From the human T2T-CHM13v2.0 reference genome, Homo sapiens, in NCBI RefSeq assembly GCF_009914755.1, contig NC_060929.1: DNA of 64,000 nucleotides; one strand, 5' to 3'. Under the pieces are notes generated by a model that worked only from the letters and a program-made list of their open reading frames with translations, made no database searches and was not told the origin of the DNA. Position 1 is the stretch's first letter, and each line of letters begins with the position of its first letter. This document shows, one piece after another, positions 28,701 through 42,179 of the stretch. The translations under genes were made by a program, and so were the position numbers.

Positions 28701-29099
28701 CAGTTATTATTCTGTGACAATGGCCTGCCATTGCTCTTCCAGGATACTGGATATTTAGAGTGGAGAGAGGGCAAGAGAGAGGAGATCTGAGCTGCAGACC
28801 CAGCTCTATGAAAAAATATTGATATGGTCTGGACCATTCTTAGGGCCTCAGTTTTCTCATCTAATAAATGAGAGGTTTGGATTAATCATCTCTTACCTGA
28901 TTGTTCTGGAGACTGACTTATAGCAACCAGTGCAAAACAATCTTAACACTTTGCTGAGTATTTTGTTTGAGATTGAATAAAACAAAGATCAGTTTCCTGA
29001 AAGCATCCCTTGACAGGTACAGGCTTTAAGCCTGTATGAGATCCGTGCTTGCAAAAAAGAAATGTGCATTTGCAGAGCATAGCAACTAGTCCTCCCTGC

Positions 29100-30130
29100 C
29101 AGCACACAATTGAGCACAAAAGACTCAGAGCACACTGTCCTAACTGGCTCCACCTTCTTCACAGCCCTAAGAGCCACCTAATTCCTCCCTGCCTCAAATG
29201 CCTATTTTCCTTGGCCACTGCCAAGGACACCTTTCTGGTCATGCTTCACCTCGCTGACTTTCATCCTAATAATGCTTTGTCCTTCTTCTCCCTGGTCCAG
29301 TTTCTCACTTTCCCCCACACCTGTTAAACTCTTCCCTTGAGCCATTTAAACTCTTCTTCTGTGGCTCCAAATCATGGCCTTCATCCACTTCTTCAGGGAA
29401 CAGTCCCTCAATCTTTTCACCTCCACAGAAATTTGACCATCACCTTGTAAGATCACTTGTCCTACAGCCTTTTTGCTTAGAGGCTGCTTTTTCTCTGCCA
29501 TACCCTGTGAAGCTTAGAATTGAAAGGTAGGGCCTGTAGCCCACTTACTTCTCTTCCCCACTCATGAATTGATGACATTGGCAACAAGCTCACTGTCTTC
29601 CTCTCTACCTTAATTCCTGCCACCATTCAAATGTGCATGTGAAGAATTCAAGTATGCATGTGGCTGGCCTGCTTAGCACACAGCCTCTCTATTCTATGAC
29701 CTCTGTTATTCAAACATCTCTCCAGCTGAGTCATTCAGTTCCATTTTCACATCTTATACCTTGTCATGTCCAGAGGTTTTGCCAGAACCTCAGAACCTTC
29801 AAAAATCTCTAATTAAATAAACTTGTGATTCAATCATAACTCCTTATTTTAAAAGTTTGACTATTCATGTACTTTTTCTACAAGTAAGTGTCCACTTTAT
29901 CAAAATAGCCAGTCCCTTGACCCATCTACTTTCTCTTTGCTCACTGGCCTCCTCTTGCTTGACCTCCCTCCTAGTCAAGCTGAGATTTCATGGTCTGCAG
30001 TTTCAATCACTGTCTTGTCAAAATCCCAAAATCCTTTTCTTACAATCACCTGACAAAATTCCAGCCCCAGATGAATTCACTCTCTGCTTTCTGTGCCTAC
30101 AATTGAGCCACTGAACACAATTGTAGGAAA
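29100..30130 (+). mobile_element. Degenerate L2 internal fragment
   Basis: Pyrimidine-rich L2-like text (cttataccttgtcatg, ccccagatgaattcactctctgc). Confidence 0.5.
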
Positions 30131-30174
30131 AGAAATTCCACAACCAGACAAATATATCCGTAAACATCCATCAT

Positions 30175-30565
30175 TTTTATCAGTCAGGGTAGGCTAGGTT
30201 CTGCTGCAGTAACAAGCAAACTAAAACAGTAAGAAGCAAAACAAAACATAAGCAAAACAACAAATCTCAAAATCAAGGGCTTGACATGATACAAATTTCT
30301 TTCATATGTTGCAAGTCCAGAGTGGGCTGGCAGGGGCTCTTCTCCTCTTAGGCATTCAGGGATTCAGGGTGATGGAGGCTCCACCTCGGCTCACTATCCA
30401 CAGCCCCTGAAACAAGGGGAAAGGTTCTGTTCATCTTTCATTGGCCAAAGAAATTCAGGTAGCCTTACCTGCACTCAAGGGTCTAGAAAAGTAAAATCTT
30501 ATCATGTACCAGGAATGAGAAGAACCAAATACTAGTATTTATGAACTGTCAATGACTGCCACAGC
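30175..30565 (-). mobile_element. Old MLT1 solo LTR
   Basis: tatcagtcagggtaggctaggttctgctgcagtaacaa ... atgactgccaca. Confidence 0.65.
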
Positions 30566-30865
30566 CATTAATCTCAACTGCTCCTGGCATTCTTAATAAG
30601 TTTCTCCAGTTAGCACTTTCTCCTTCTCTCTCTCTTGCTCTCATTCTCTCTTTGTGGCAACTATTTCAAGCTTTTATTCAGCCTCTGACTCTACCTCTTT
30701 GTAGTACTCTCACAGTTGTGTAGATTGGAGAGAGATGATACAAATCCTAGGACAGTGACTGCAGGAATATATCATCTACAGTTTCCTCACCAGTAACAGA
30801 GAGATAGTAATATCTGCCAAGCTTACTTCAAGGCCAGGGACATGTGAAAATTAACTGAGAATGTG

Positions 30866-33373
30866 CAGGCATACCTCAGAGATATTGCAGGTTCGGTTTC
30901 AGGCCTCTACAATGAAATGATATTGCAACCATGGGAGTTATGCAAATTTTTTGTTTTCCAAATCCATATAAATTTATGTTTATACTATAGTATAGCCTGT
31001 TGTGTGCAGTAGCATTATGTCTAAAAAAATACTTAATTTAAAAAGTTCTTTATTGCTAAAAAATGCTAACAATCATCTGAGCCTTCAGTGAGTTGTAATC
31101 TTTTTGCTGGTGGAGGGTCTTGCCTCGACGTTGATAGCTGCTGACTGATCAGCGCAGTGGTTGAGGAAGGTTGACGTAGCTATGGCAATTTCTTAAAATA
31201 AGACAACAATGAAGTTAGCCACATTAATTGACTTTTTTTTTTTTTTTACCAAAGACGTTTCTGTAATATGTGATGCTGTTTGATAGCATTTTTCTCACAG
31301 TGGAACTTCTTTAAAAATTTGTAGCTGTTTGATGTTGGTTACTTAACTTACTATTCTCAAACCCTTCTGCTGCTTTATCAACCAAGTTTATGTACTATTG
31401 TAAATACTTTGTTGTCATTTCAACAATTTTCACAGCATTTTCACCAGAAGTAAATTCCATCTCAAGAAATCACTTTCTTTGCTCATCCATAAGAAGCAAC
31501 TTCTCATCACTCACATTTTATCATGAGATTGCAGCAATTCAGTCAGATCTTTAGGCTCCATTTCTAATTCTATTTCTCTTGCTATTTCCACCACATCTGT
31601 AGTTACTTCCTCCACTGGTCTGGAACTCCTTAAAATCACCCATGAGGGTTGGAATCAGCTTCTTCCAAATTCCTTTAACGTTGATATTTTAACCTCCTCT
31701 CATGAATCATGAATGTCCTTAGTGGTATCTAGAATGGTGAATGTTTTCCAGAAGATTTTTAATTTAATTTGCCCAGATCCATCAGAGGAATCACCATCTA
31801 TGGCTTCTATAGCCTTATGAAATGTATTTCTTAAATGACACTTGAAAGTTGAAATTACTCCTTGATCCCACAGGCTGAAGAATGGATATTGTGTTATCAG
31901 GCATGAAACCAACATCAGTCTCCTTGTACATCTCTGTCAGAGCTCTTTGATGAAAAGGCACATTGTCAATGCAGTAATATTTTGAAAGTTTTTTTTTGTG
32001 ATGAGTAAGTCTCAACAATGGGCTTAAAATATTGAGTAAACCATGCTGTAATTAGATGTGCTGCCATCCAGGCTTTGTTGCTCCATTTCTAGAGCACAGG
32101 CAGAATAGATTTAGCATCATTCTTTAGGGCCCTAGGATATTTCAAATGGTAAAGGAGCATTGGCTTCAATGTAAAATCACCAGCTGCATTATCTATAACA
32201 AGATTCAGACTGTCCTTTGAAGATTTGAAGCCAGGTATTGACATCTCTCTAGCTATGAAAGTCCTAGGTGGCATTTTCTTCCAATGGAAGTTGTTTCATC
32301 CCCAATGAAAATGTATTGTTTAGATTAGCCACCCCGTCAATGATCTTAGCTGGATCTTCTGGATAACTAGCTGCAGCTTCTCCGTCAGCACTTACTGCTT
32401 CCCCTTGCACTTTTATATTATAAAGACAGCTCATTTCCTTAAACCTCATGAACCAACCTCTGGTAGCTTTAAACTTTTCTTCTGCAGCTTCGTTACCTCT
32501 CATTCTTCATAGATTTGAAGAGAGTTAGGACTTTGCTCTGGATTAGGCTTTGGCTTAAAGGGATGTTATATCTGATTTGATCTTCTATCCAGGCCACTCA
32601 AACTTTCTCCATATCAGTGATAAGGCTTCTTTGCTTTCTTATCATTTGTGTGTTCACTGGAGTAGCACTTTTCATTTCCTTCAAAAACTTTTTCTTTGCA
32701 TTCACAACTTGGCCAGCTGTTTGATGTAAGAAACCTTGCTTTTGGTCTATCTCAGCTTTCAATGTGCCTTCTTCATAAGCTTAATTATTTCTAGCTTTAC
32801 ATGGCACATGTATACATATGTAACAAACCTGCACATTGTGCACATGTACGCTAAAACTTAAAGTATAATAATAATAAAATAAAAATAAATAAATAAATAA
32901 ATGAGAGAGATACGCAATTCTTTCTTTTGAACACTTAGAAGCCTTTGTAGGGCTGTTTATTGGCCTCATTTCAGTATCATTGTGTCTTAGGGAATAGGGA
33001 GGTCTGAAGAGGAGGACAGAGATGGGGAAAAGGCTAATTGGTGGAGCAGTCGGAACACACACGACACTTATCCATTAAGTTTGCCATCTTATATGGATGT
33101 GGTTCATGGAACCCCAAAACTATTTAAATAGTCACCTCAAAAATCACTGAATACAGATTACCATAACAGATTTAATAATAATGAAGAGTCTTGAAATATT
33201 GTGAGAATTCTCAAAATGTGACACAGCTACACAGAGTGAGCACATGCTGTTGGAAAAATGGTGCAGATTGATAGAGTTGCTCAACATAGCATTACCACAA
33301 ACCTTCAATTTGTAAAAAGCTCAGTATCTGCAAAGCACAATGAAGTGAAACAAAATAAGACAATTTGTGCCTG
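30866..33373 (-). mobile_element. Near full-length Tigger1 (pogo-family) transposon with a disrupted transposase
   Basis: TIRs caggcatacctc ... ttgtgcctg; minus-strand ORF remnants [50 protein letters not shown]. Confidence 0.95.
32799..32900 (+). mobile_element. Tiny L1PA 3'-terminal insertion inside Tigger1
   Basis: catggcacatgtatacatatgtaacaaacctgcacattgtgcacatgtac.ctaaaacttaaagtataataat plus A-rich tail; nearly identical to 57578-57652. Confidence 0.9.
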
Positions 33374-33616
33374 CATTTGAAAGTACTTTGAAAACTTAAA
33401 CACTATATTTTATAATTGTAATTATAAACATATATAAATTATAAATAATATTATTTCAGAATATCTAATAAGCACAAAATGCAAAATGGGGCTAAAAACA
33501 TCATAATGGCTTAGAATTTAAGCTCCAGGTAGGCTTTTTTGTCTGTATACTGATATCGTCCCGGTACCTACAGTGTCCAACACACAGTAAGTATTCAGTA
33601 AATATTTATTAAATTA

Positions 33617-33750
33617 ATTTTTTTGAGATGAGGTCTGGCTACTTCGACCAGCCTGGCTTTGAACTCCTGGGCTCAAGTGCTCCTTGTACCTCAGCCTCCC
33701 TAGTAGCTGGGACTACAGGCACATGCCTTCATGTCTGGCTAATTTTTATT
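33617..33750 (-). mobile_element. Alu monomer (FLAM-like)
   Basis: Single antisense monomer gaactcctgggctcaag ... tagctgggactacaggc. Confidence 0.8.
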
Positions 33751-34323
33751 GAATATGTGCCCGTTTATAAGGTAGCATCACTACTGTGGGATATTAAGGT
33801 GTTTAGACATGTGTTCATATGCTAAGAACTATTACCTAATTCTGTATCCAGTTGAATATTTTCTTGTTTATATGGTATAAAATTGGAAATGTGTGTTGGG
33901 GAGGGTGAGGGGCTGGTTATCACAAAGAAATAAGATCTAAAGTCCCATAAAATGACATTTTGGAACCAAAGTTTTGCTTACTAAAATTTTCATATTCTAT
34001 AGGGTCTTCAAATTCATGAGTTTTGTATATGCATAATAAAATATTGTCATTATTATGAATCTAAAATGCATTATAACATATGGAAAAATTTGCAAAAATG
34101 CATTCATTATATATTAGACAAGGCAAATACTTAATGTATGGTATGATAATTTAACAGGAAATATTTGCAATTGATCCTTTTAAAATAAATTGGGTGCAAC
34201 TCACTATTGACTCAGCAAATTATGTCTTTTTGTAGTTTATTTAAAACAGTTCTTGTTTTCACTTTTAGCCACATTATATGGCAGTAGCGTATATGAATAG
34301 ATATGCAGCTATTATTTATTTGT

Positions 34324-34763
34324 CACTGCCTGCTAATTTCGTTTTTAAAACGTCATTATTTTTGAGTTATTACTCTTTGAAAACATTTATAAGTCTGGGG
34401 AGTTTCCTCAACTTGAAAAATTCAAAAACCAAGTCCATTTCTTTAGCCTTTTCTGCAAACCTTTCTTCATATGTTATGGTTCTATTCAGAGTGGACATTT
34501 GAAGTTATGTTTAAGGTGACCATCATAAATCAGCAGCCTTCCTGATAAGTCATATTCAGCAGTGGCAGCCATAGCACGGCTTGGTATTGCAGAAGCAAAG
34601 CCTTAAGCCTCATTATGACCCGGGGCGGAAGACACTTGTACAAGACCCAGGGACTTGCTCTTTGAATTTTTCAAACTGAAAAAACTGCCCAGAGTTATAA
34701 ATGTTTTCAAAGAGTAGTAACTCGAAAATAATGATGTTTTAAAAATGAAATTAGCAAGCAGTG
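34324..34763. repeat. Long inverted repeat: arms 34324-34436 and 34651-34763, 214-bp spacer
   Basis: Manual alignment gives 113 bp ungapped with 13 mismatches; opposite-strand ORFs 34278+ and 34603- translate to near-identical peptides. Confidence 0.9.
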
Positions 34764-36159
34764 CATTTACAAAAAACAAACAAACAAACAAACAAATAGT
34801 AGTCAAGTAAGCAGGGTTTATTGTGTCACCAAGTCCCCCAAAGGTCCAGGGTTCTCACATATTCCCATATTCTTGTTCAGAAATCACTGAGTTGCTTCAT
34901 CGTACCTCCTGAGGGCAGCATTTAATATCTCTTTTGACCTATTTCTCCTTATCAAAATCATCCGTCTTATGTTCCCTAATCTTAAGCCTTAGGACATAGC
35001 TTGCTTCTCATCTGATAAGCAAAATCAAACCAAGCTGTTAACAAACAGTTGGTGTGTTTCCCTTCTACAGTGTACAAGTGATGTGCTAGGCTCTGGGGCG
35101 TATGTAAAAGGTGTAAGAAAAAATTCTTTTGTTAAGGATTTCTAGCTGTAGAATTAGACAAGACACAATTTTATTTGATTCTTGAAAACTTAACTAAAGG
35201 TAGCAAATATTTAATGAGAAGGTATCACGTGCCAGTCATTGTCCTGAGCTCTTATACACAAGTGAATAAGAACCATTTCTTGCCCTCAAGGAACTCATGC
35301 TACCACAGGCAGAAGTTGCAAATTGTTGCCTGGAGGCCCATTCCTGCCTGTGAATTCCTTTAGTTTCTGACTGGCACACTGCTGTAGCAAATTTGAGGCT
35401 AAACTTGAAATTGTATAATTTCACATAAAAATCTGAATTTCCAGTTTCTACAAAACAACAACAACAAAAACAAAAAAACCCCAAGATAGGGCCCCATTAT
35501 TCCACCACACACTCACCAGGAACTGAGTGCAGTCTCTCCATTTTGACAGGATGAGTTTTTCAGTTTGCCACAGTCGTCACCAGTCCCTCTTTCCCAGCTC
35601 AGAGGTTGAGTCTTAGTGGTTATTTGTTAACAAGTGTGAAAAAACACTAGGGAAATAGTTTTGTACCTATGTCTGTATCAAAAGTGGGAAACGAAAGGTC
35701 CAAAGGACCCCATGTTTTAAGAAATGTGGAGGACAGCATATTCCCTTCGAGAAGTAAAAATAACCCGATGAATTTAAGGTGCAACTGCCAGGCCTTTGTC
35801 ACACATTCAAGTAACCTGCCTCACCTCTTTAAGTGTTTGAATTTCAGGCCCCTTGTTTAGGGCATATTGATGTAAAGTGCAAGACAGGGGAAGACATAGA
35901 AAAAATTCTATAGGTGTAAGAAGGGGAGAGAGTGGTAATTAGTGGCAAATCCAAAAGGCTTTAATCAGGTGACAGCTTTGCGGGTTGGGTGGGAAAGGTC
36001 ACTCAGAGAGAAGCACCATCTTGAAACGAATCCCGAAGCTGGGAGAGCATCTAGTGAACAGTAGTGAATAAATGGTAGCCGCAGTGAGGGGCCGTGGAGG
36101 GGAATAGCAGTGGGTGGGTGATAGGAAAACACTGGAGTCTTGAGCTCTGATACATAAAA

Positions 36160-39100
36160 TGTAATGTTGTATATGGGCATCAGGGAGACTTAGGTAAGAA
36201 TCTCTTTCTTATCCTTTTAGTGGCTCCTTACAGCCATCATGGACCATTCACTATGCTCTTGAGGACTAGCCATGAATAAAGCTGAAATGCCATACCACTC
36301 CATTTGGGGGTAGTGCCAGTACACCATGCAGAATTATCTCAAAATCAGATCATCTCAAAATCGGGTCCAAGTTGTTTCTTTCTTGGAACTAATCATAGGG
36401 CTGTGAGTTTGGGCCAGGGGAGAGGTGACAACGAGCAGGGAGTAGGTGCCAGGGAATCTGAGCCAACTTCTCCCATAGCTTATTTGTGCCTTCAAGGCCT
36501 GCTTGAGCATGGTCTTGTTTATACTACAGTTGGCCCTTGAACAATGAGAGGGTTATGAGCACCAACCCCTGCACAGCTGACAATTTGTGTATGTCTTTTG
36601 ACTCCCCCAAAACTTAACTACTAGTAGCTTACTATTGGCCAGAAGGCTTACCAATAACATAAACAGATAATTAACAGCTATTTTCTATGATATATGTAAG
36701 ACATACTATATATTTACAATAAAATAAGCTAGAGAAAAAGAAAATGTTCCTAAAACAATCATAAAGAAGAGAAAATATATTTACTATTCATTAAGTGGAA
36801 GTGGATCATCATAAAGGTTTTCACGCTTATAGTCTTCACATTAAGTAGCCTGAAGAGGAGAAGGAAGAGGAGGGGGGTTGGTTTTGCTGTCTCAGGGGTG
36901 GCAGAGAAGGAAGAGATGGAGGAGGTGGAAAGAGAGGCGGGAGAGATTTATTGAAAAACAAAACAAACAAAAAAAAACCACATCTAAGTGGACCCATGCA
37001 GTTCAAACCTGCGTTGTTTAACCATCAACTGTACTTGCACGTGGTTCTAGAGTGCTGATGCTGACACCCAAGTAGGTGGCATTAGATAACTTCAGTTCCT
37101 GATGGGCAGCTCAGGCTATATGGTTGTTTGATGGACCTTGTTCAGTCATTCAGTCTCTGCTTGGATCCAGTAGTACTCCAGAAGTTATTCTTTAGAAGAA
37201 GAATTATCTGTGGAAAAGAAGATGATTTTTCTCAAAAACCCCAAAGGGTCTGCACTGTAATTCTCTTATCTGGATTTGTCAGAGGCTTAATACATCATTT
37301 CTGTTTGCTACAAGTGGTCTTTATGAATTGGTATATAGAAGAAAGCATTTACCGGATCAATAGTAGCATACCTGATGCCAGAGGATGCATTGATTTGCTC
37401 CAAAAAGATAGCGCTTTGGGGCAGTAGTTGTAATTGGTGTCACAACCTGATTAAGTTTAAAATAATTTACTGTTACTCTCCAAAATTCATCTTTCTTCTG
37501 CACAAGACAAATAGGGGAGATTTATGTGAATGTCATGGAAATCACCGCCCCTATAACTTTCAGGTTTTTGGTGATGATATTAATCTCTGAAAGTCTCCCA
37601 GGGTTGTGTAATTATTATTAATGTATCACTTTGGTAGTAAAGGGGTAGTTCAAGGGGCTTCCTCTTGGCTGTTCCTATTACAATAGCCCTTACTTCAAGG
37701 GTCGGGAAGTGGGAGTTCTGCCAGTTGCTAAATATGTTTTTGGAACCTGGGAAAATAACTATGAGAGACCCACTTGGCCCACTGGAAGATGTATTTAAGC
37801 CAAAACTTTGTGTGTTATCTGACATCCATAAGTCCCCAGTCTAACTGGTGGGTCCTAAAATTTGGGGGTTATCTAAAGATTTGTCATTTCAGAGCCAGGG
37901 TCCAGAAACCTAGAATCATCTGGGTATTTTCCTTTCCCCAGAGTATAATCATCATGATAAATAGGTACACTACTTTTTGGGCAAAGCTAGAAGGAAATTT
38001 TATGTTCTTGTTGCAACCTCATTGAATCCTTCCTTCAGAAGTCCAAGCTCCCCTTTATTTTAAGGGATCTTATTAACTGGCTCATTTGTGAAAACTGGTG
38101 AGAGTCCTCTACTCTTCATTATGGCTATTTAAGTCAGATACCTGTACACTGGATTTAATTTTTAAAAATTTTACAGGTGAACTAAGACTTTATCAGGCTG
38201 AAAAACCATTTGAATTCCATAAACACTATGACAAAATAAAGTCACTGCAAAAGATATCTGTGAATAAAACTATTTGGATTGGGACTTTGTTCTTTTATTC
38301 AATAATATGCTCTTGGCTACCTTATCTCCGGTGGCTAAGTGCTGTCAATTGGCCTCTGTAACTCCTGGTAGCCAATCTGAATAGTGTTATACTATACTGT
38401 CACCTCTGAGCTGCAGAAGGACAGATACCACTGAGATTTTCAAGGATACTGGTTCTCCTTTCACAGATATATTTCTTAATGCCTTCATGATTGGAATGTC
38501 CTCTGGGCCATAGGAAGGGGTGGGTGAAAGGTTACATATGGTTGATCTACACCAAAAATTTAATCTTCCTAATCCTTTGCATTTCTTCTTCTTATACAAA
38601 TTTTATTTAATGAAGCCCATTGTTGGGTCAGGCTTTAGTCAACCAATTGAAAAACTCTTTATAGATTTATTCCCAACCCTCAAACTAAATATTGAATCTA
38701 AAATTTATGGTAACTGCACCCACATTAACAAATTTGCCCATATCCAAAACTGTTTCTCCCTCTCTTGTCTAAAATCATTAGATTGCATTCCTACAATTGT
38801 TTTCCAGGTTCCTGGTAATATAAATCTTGCAGTTCTTCAATGTGTACATTACATCCTTCTTGGTCAGACTCTGTACTTACCTTTCCAGAGCCTATTGGTC
38901 TGTGATTCTAGTTATGAATCTGGGAGCAATAAGAAGTGATGGAGGTGAATCATGACTGTATCCCTGTGCAAGGTAATTGTTTCAGGGTCTTTAAGCAAAG
39001 GGAAGCTAATCTCAAATAGGAAAAAGGGAAAGCTGAGAGGCATTTGGAAGTTCGTGATTCTCAGAGTCATTGGAATCTATCCAAATGTCCTCATTCCAAT

Positions 39101-39588
39101 TTTCACTTTTTCTCAATCAATGCCCTAACTTTTACATAAGAGACCTGGCAAGTCTGTGAATTTCATTTCAGTTATAATTATCCAACCTACAGATGAAAAA
39201 AAATTTTTTGCATTAGCCATATGGCTATAAGAGATATTTTTAGGGCAGTCCTAGAAGCTCTCTTGTTCTCTGTCTGTGCCTTGAACTGAGAATATGAAAT
39301 CCTAACCTTTTATTTAGATGCAGCCAGCCCATTTCATAGTCCTTACAGTCTTTATTTCCTCTTAAAATCCTATTGTAATAGCAATCTCTCAAAGGCTCTT
39401 CTACAATAAACACTTCATTCCTCAAAGCTATAGATATTTTGCCACTGCTGTCCGTGGATGGCTAGTATCCCATCTTTCACTGGTGATGAAGTCGTAATTG
39501 CTTTCCAATCTAACAAGATTAGATAATTAAATCCCCAATTCCTGTCTTTGAGCTTCTGCATCTTGGAACCACTTTTGGAAACAGACTC
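36160..39588 (-). mobile_element. Degenerate ERVL-family internal region (gag/pro/pol relic)
   Basis: ORF 37580-37825(-) contains NWQN..VRAIVIGTAKRKPLELP, like ERVL VRAIMVGKAKWKPLELP; PBS-like aagtggttcc next to the LTR; left boundary approximate. Confidence 0.75.
36527..37031. mobile_element. Tigger2a-type non-autonomous element inside the ERVL
   Basis: TIRs cagttggcccttgaacaa ... ttgtttaaccatcaactg with intact TA duplications on both sides. Confidence 0.85.
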
Positions 39589-40050
39589 TGTTATCAGTCA
39601 GAGTTTTCCCAGGAAAGTACTTGCCTCTCTTGGCTTACCCGGAAGGGATGACTAAATACGAAGGGAATTACAAAACTTACAAAGCTGTTGGAGGACTGGG
39701 GCAATTAAGGTTCATGGAAACACTGCTTCCTTTGAAGAAATGTGGAAATTGAGGAACCACAGTAAGTGACTGGTGATTACAGCTGCTTGAAGAACTCAAG
39801 TAGGTAATTCACAAGAGCTCACTCAAAAGGAGCTGTAAACTTCATGGTTGCTATCAACCTGGGCATCTACCATCCATGGCTGGGGAAGAATATTGGCTGT
39901 GCTCTCTTCTGCCTTCCAAATATTATGCAAGATGCTTTGTCACTAGCAGTGAGAGAGTTTAAGCAATGTATTTTGCAGGCTTCCAGACCCTGTTATATAG
40001 GAAAGAGTTATGGACATTCAGATTGACATTATGGACAGTCAGTATTTGGC
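39589..40050 (-). mobile_element. Probable 5' LTR of the ERVL relic
   Basis: Begins tgttatcagtcagagtttt directly beside the PBS-like sequence; right boundary approximate. Confidence 0.5.
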
Positions 40051-40485
40051 ACAATATATAACCATCAGCTTCTCAAAAATATTTAAAATATGGCATCAAA
40101 AATAATATATGACCATTCGTTTTTCTTATTGCCTTTCCAATAAGTAGAGGGTTATAGTGTTCTCATGATCTGATGCTTATTTTTCCTCCTGTTTCTGACC
40201 AGTTATTTTGAGCCTTTAAGATGAGACTAAGCAGGTAAGAGATACATAGAAAAGGGTTTAAGGACCTTGGGCAGTGACTAGGGAGGGAGCTTTTAGGAGG
40301 GTTAGAGAGAAAGGCACAAGAGTAGTTACAATTTGAGAGCTTTGGATGGAAGGGGAAAATCACTTTTACAACCATTGTTTTGAATATATGTTTATTTCAT
40401 CGTGCTTAAGAAACACAAACAAAGGATTTTAGTCATTTTGAAATATCTTTTGGTTGTCGCATTTTGTTTGTATGTTTGTTTATGG

Positions 40486-41562
40486 CAGAGACTCTCTAAG
40501 TGTGCTCTACAGGTCCCTAGAAGTCCCCAACAAGCTTTCAGGGATTCTATGAGGTCAAAATTATGTTCTTCATAACACGAAGATATTGTTTGCCTTTAGC
40601 ATGCTAAAATTTCTACTGATGTGCAAAAACAATGGTGGGTAAAAAATACTGGCAATTTAGCAAGAATCATAGCAATGGCACCAAGCTGTACCTAAGTCAG
40701 TATGTTCTTCACCACCATGCATTTACATTACAAAACAAAACAAAATAAATTAAATTCCACTTAATAATATCCATGGTGAAGTAATGAAAATTATTAAGGT
40801 TAAAATTAATAATTAAGATTCAATAAAAGTTGAGTATGCATCACTTTAGTATTCTCTGGGACAAAATGAGAAGTACCTCTGTGAAGTGCTTCAGCTGCAT
40901 ATCAACATGTAATGTCCCAAGGAAAGGCATTCCTGTGACTATGTTGTGAGCCTAACTAGCCAGTCCACAGAAAACCATTTTTACTTGAAAGAACAATTTA
41001 AGACAAACTATCATTATTCAGACTAGGGGATTTGGCAAACATGGTCTCCAAAATGAACAAAATGAGCCTATTCCTTTAAGGGAAATAATTTACACTACAT
41101 GTTGCCAGTGATAAAATTCAAGCATTTGGGTAAAAATTAACATTTAAAAAACTTGTATCAAAACTATGAGCTTGACAGCTTCCCAGTACTTAAAGACTTC
41201 TATGATGAGATTAGTGGTGATATTAAATATGTGATGTTTTGTATTAGATAATGAAATATGTCAACATTTGGAAGACATGCATAACTCAGTGAACCAATAT
41301 TTTCCAAATGGTCAATGCATGATGTCACAAAATCAAGTATGGGTTAAATATTCCATCAAAGTGCAAGACAGACCAATAGATTTTAATGTAAGAGTACCGA
41401 AAGGTCACTGATACAGATTCATATGCTGCATTACAACTCACTTTTAACTAACCACCACATATTGAATTTTGGTGTAGTATAAAAGAAGAATATCCACAGC
41501 TATCTGAAATAGTTATTCAAAGATTTCTTTCTTTTTGAACTACATACCTGTTTGAGGCTAGA
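40486..41562 (+). mobile_element. Charlie1-type hAT transposon fragment
   Basis: gaggtcaaaattatgttcttcataa, tttacttgaaagaacaa, gagcttgacagcttcccagtacttaaagactt, cataactcagtgaaccaatattttccaaatg. Confidence 0.85.
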
Positions 41563-41579
41563 ATATATGTATATGTATA

Positions 41580-41616
<37 letters not shown>

Positions 41617-41630
41617 GTATATGTATATAT
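41563..41630. repeat. (TATGTG)n/(TA)n microsatellite
   Basis: Directly visible; source of the MCMCMC ORF. Confidence 0.95.
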
Positions 41631-42124
41631 GGCAGAATATGCCACCCCAAAATATGCCACTTTGGGATAGAATTATTTTGAGCCAAAAGCACTTAAAAAA
41701 ATCACCACCAACAACGGTAGGTGCAAGAAGTGTGTTCTAGCCCTCTTTTTCTTCCTGAAATCAGGAGATAAAACCCCTATATGGAAGGTGTTCTCCCTGT
41801 GTCAGAAGGAAAGTAATATCATCAGCAAGGATGAAAAGTGTGGCCAAGAGAATTCTGTACAAACAGACTTTGTTAATAATTCATGTCTTCCTTTAGCCTC
41901 TCCTCATAGTTTAGTAATTTTTCCATAAAAGTTACCATTGTGGAACCTAATATGAAAGCACTTAGAATTTGCCACTTCTTTGGGCCTTCATTTGCTTAAG
42001 TATCATGTAAAACATTAAATAAATTTGTATGCTTTTCTCCTACTAATTTGTCTATGTCAATTTAATTCTCAGGCCTAGCCAAAAAAACTCTAAGAGTGTA
42101 GGGGTAAAATTAGCCTCTCCTATA
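41631..42124 (+). mobile_element. ERV1 solo LTR, MER34/MER39-like
   Basis: cagaatatgccaccccaaaatatgcc start; attaaataaatttgtatgcttttctcct polyA region. Confidence 0.7.
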
Positions 42125-42179
42125 GTGTGTGTGTGTGTGTTTATATATATATATATATGTTTATATACATATATATGTT

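Noticed and set aside
31700-32503. Domesticated TIGD-like gene
   Set aside because: Fragmented across frames within a TIR-bounded Tigger1 fossil
34278-34806. Two paralogous small proteins on opposite strands
   Set aside because: The similarity is a by-product of the DNA inverted repeat; there is no coding evidence
41552-41740. MCMCMC repeat protein
   Set aside because: Translation of a hexanucleotide microsatellite
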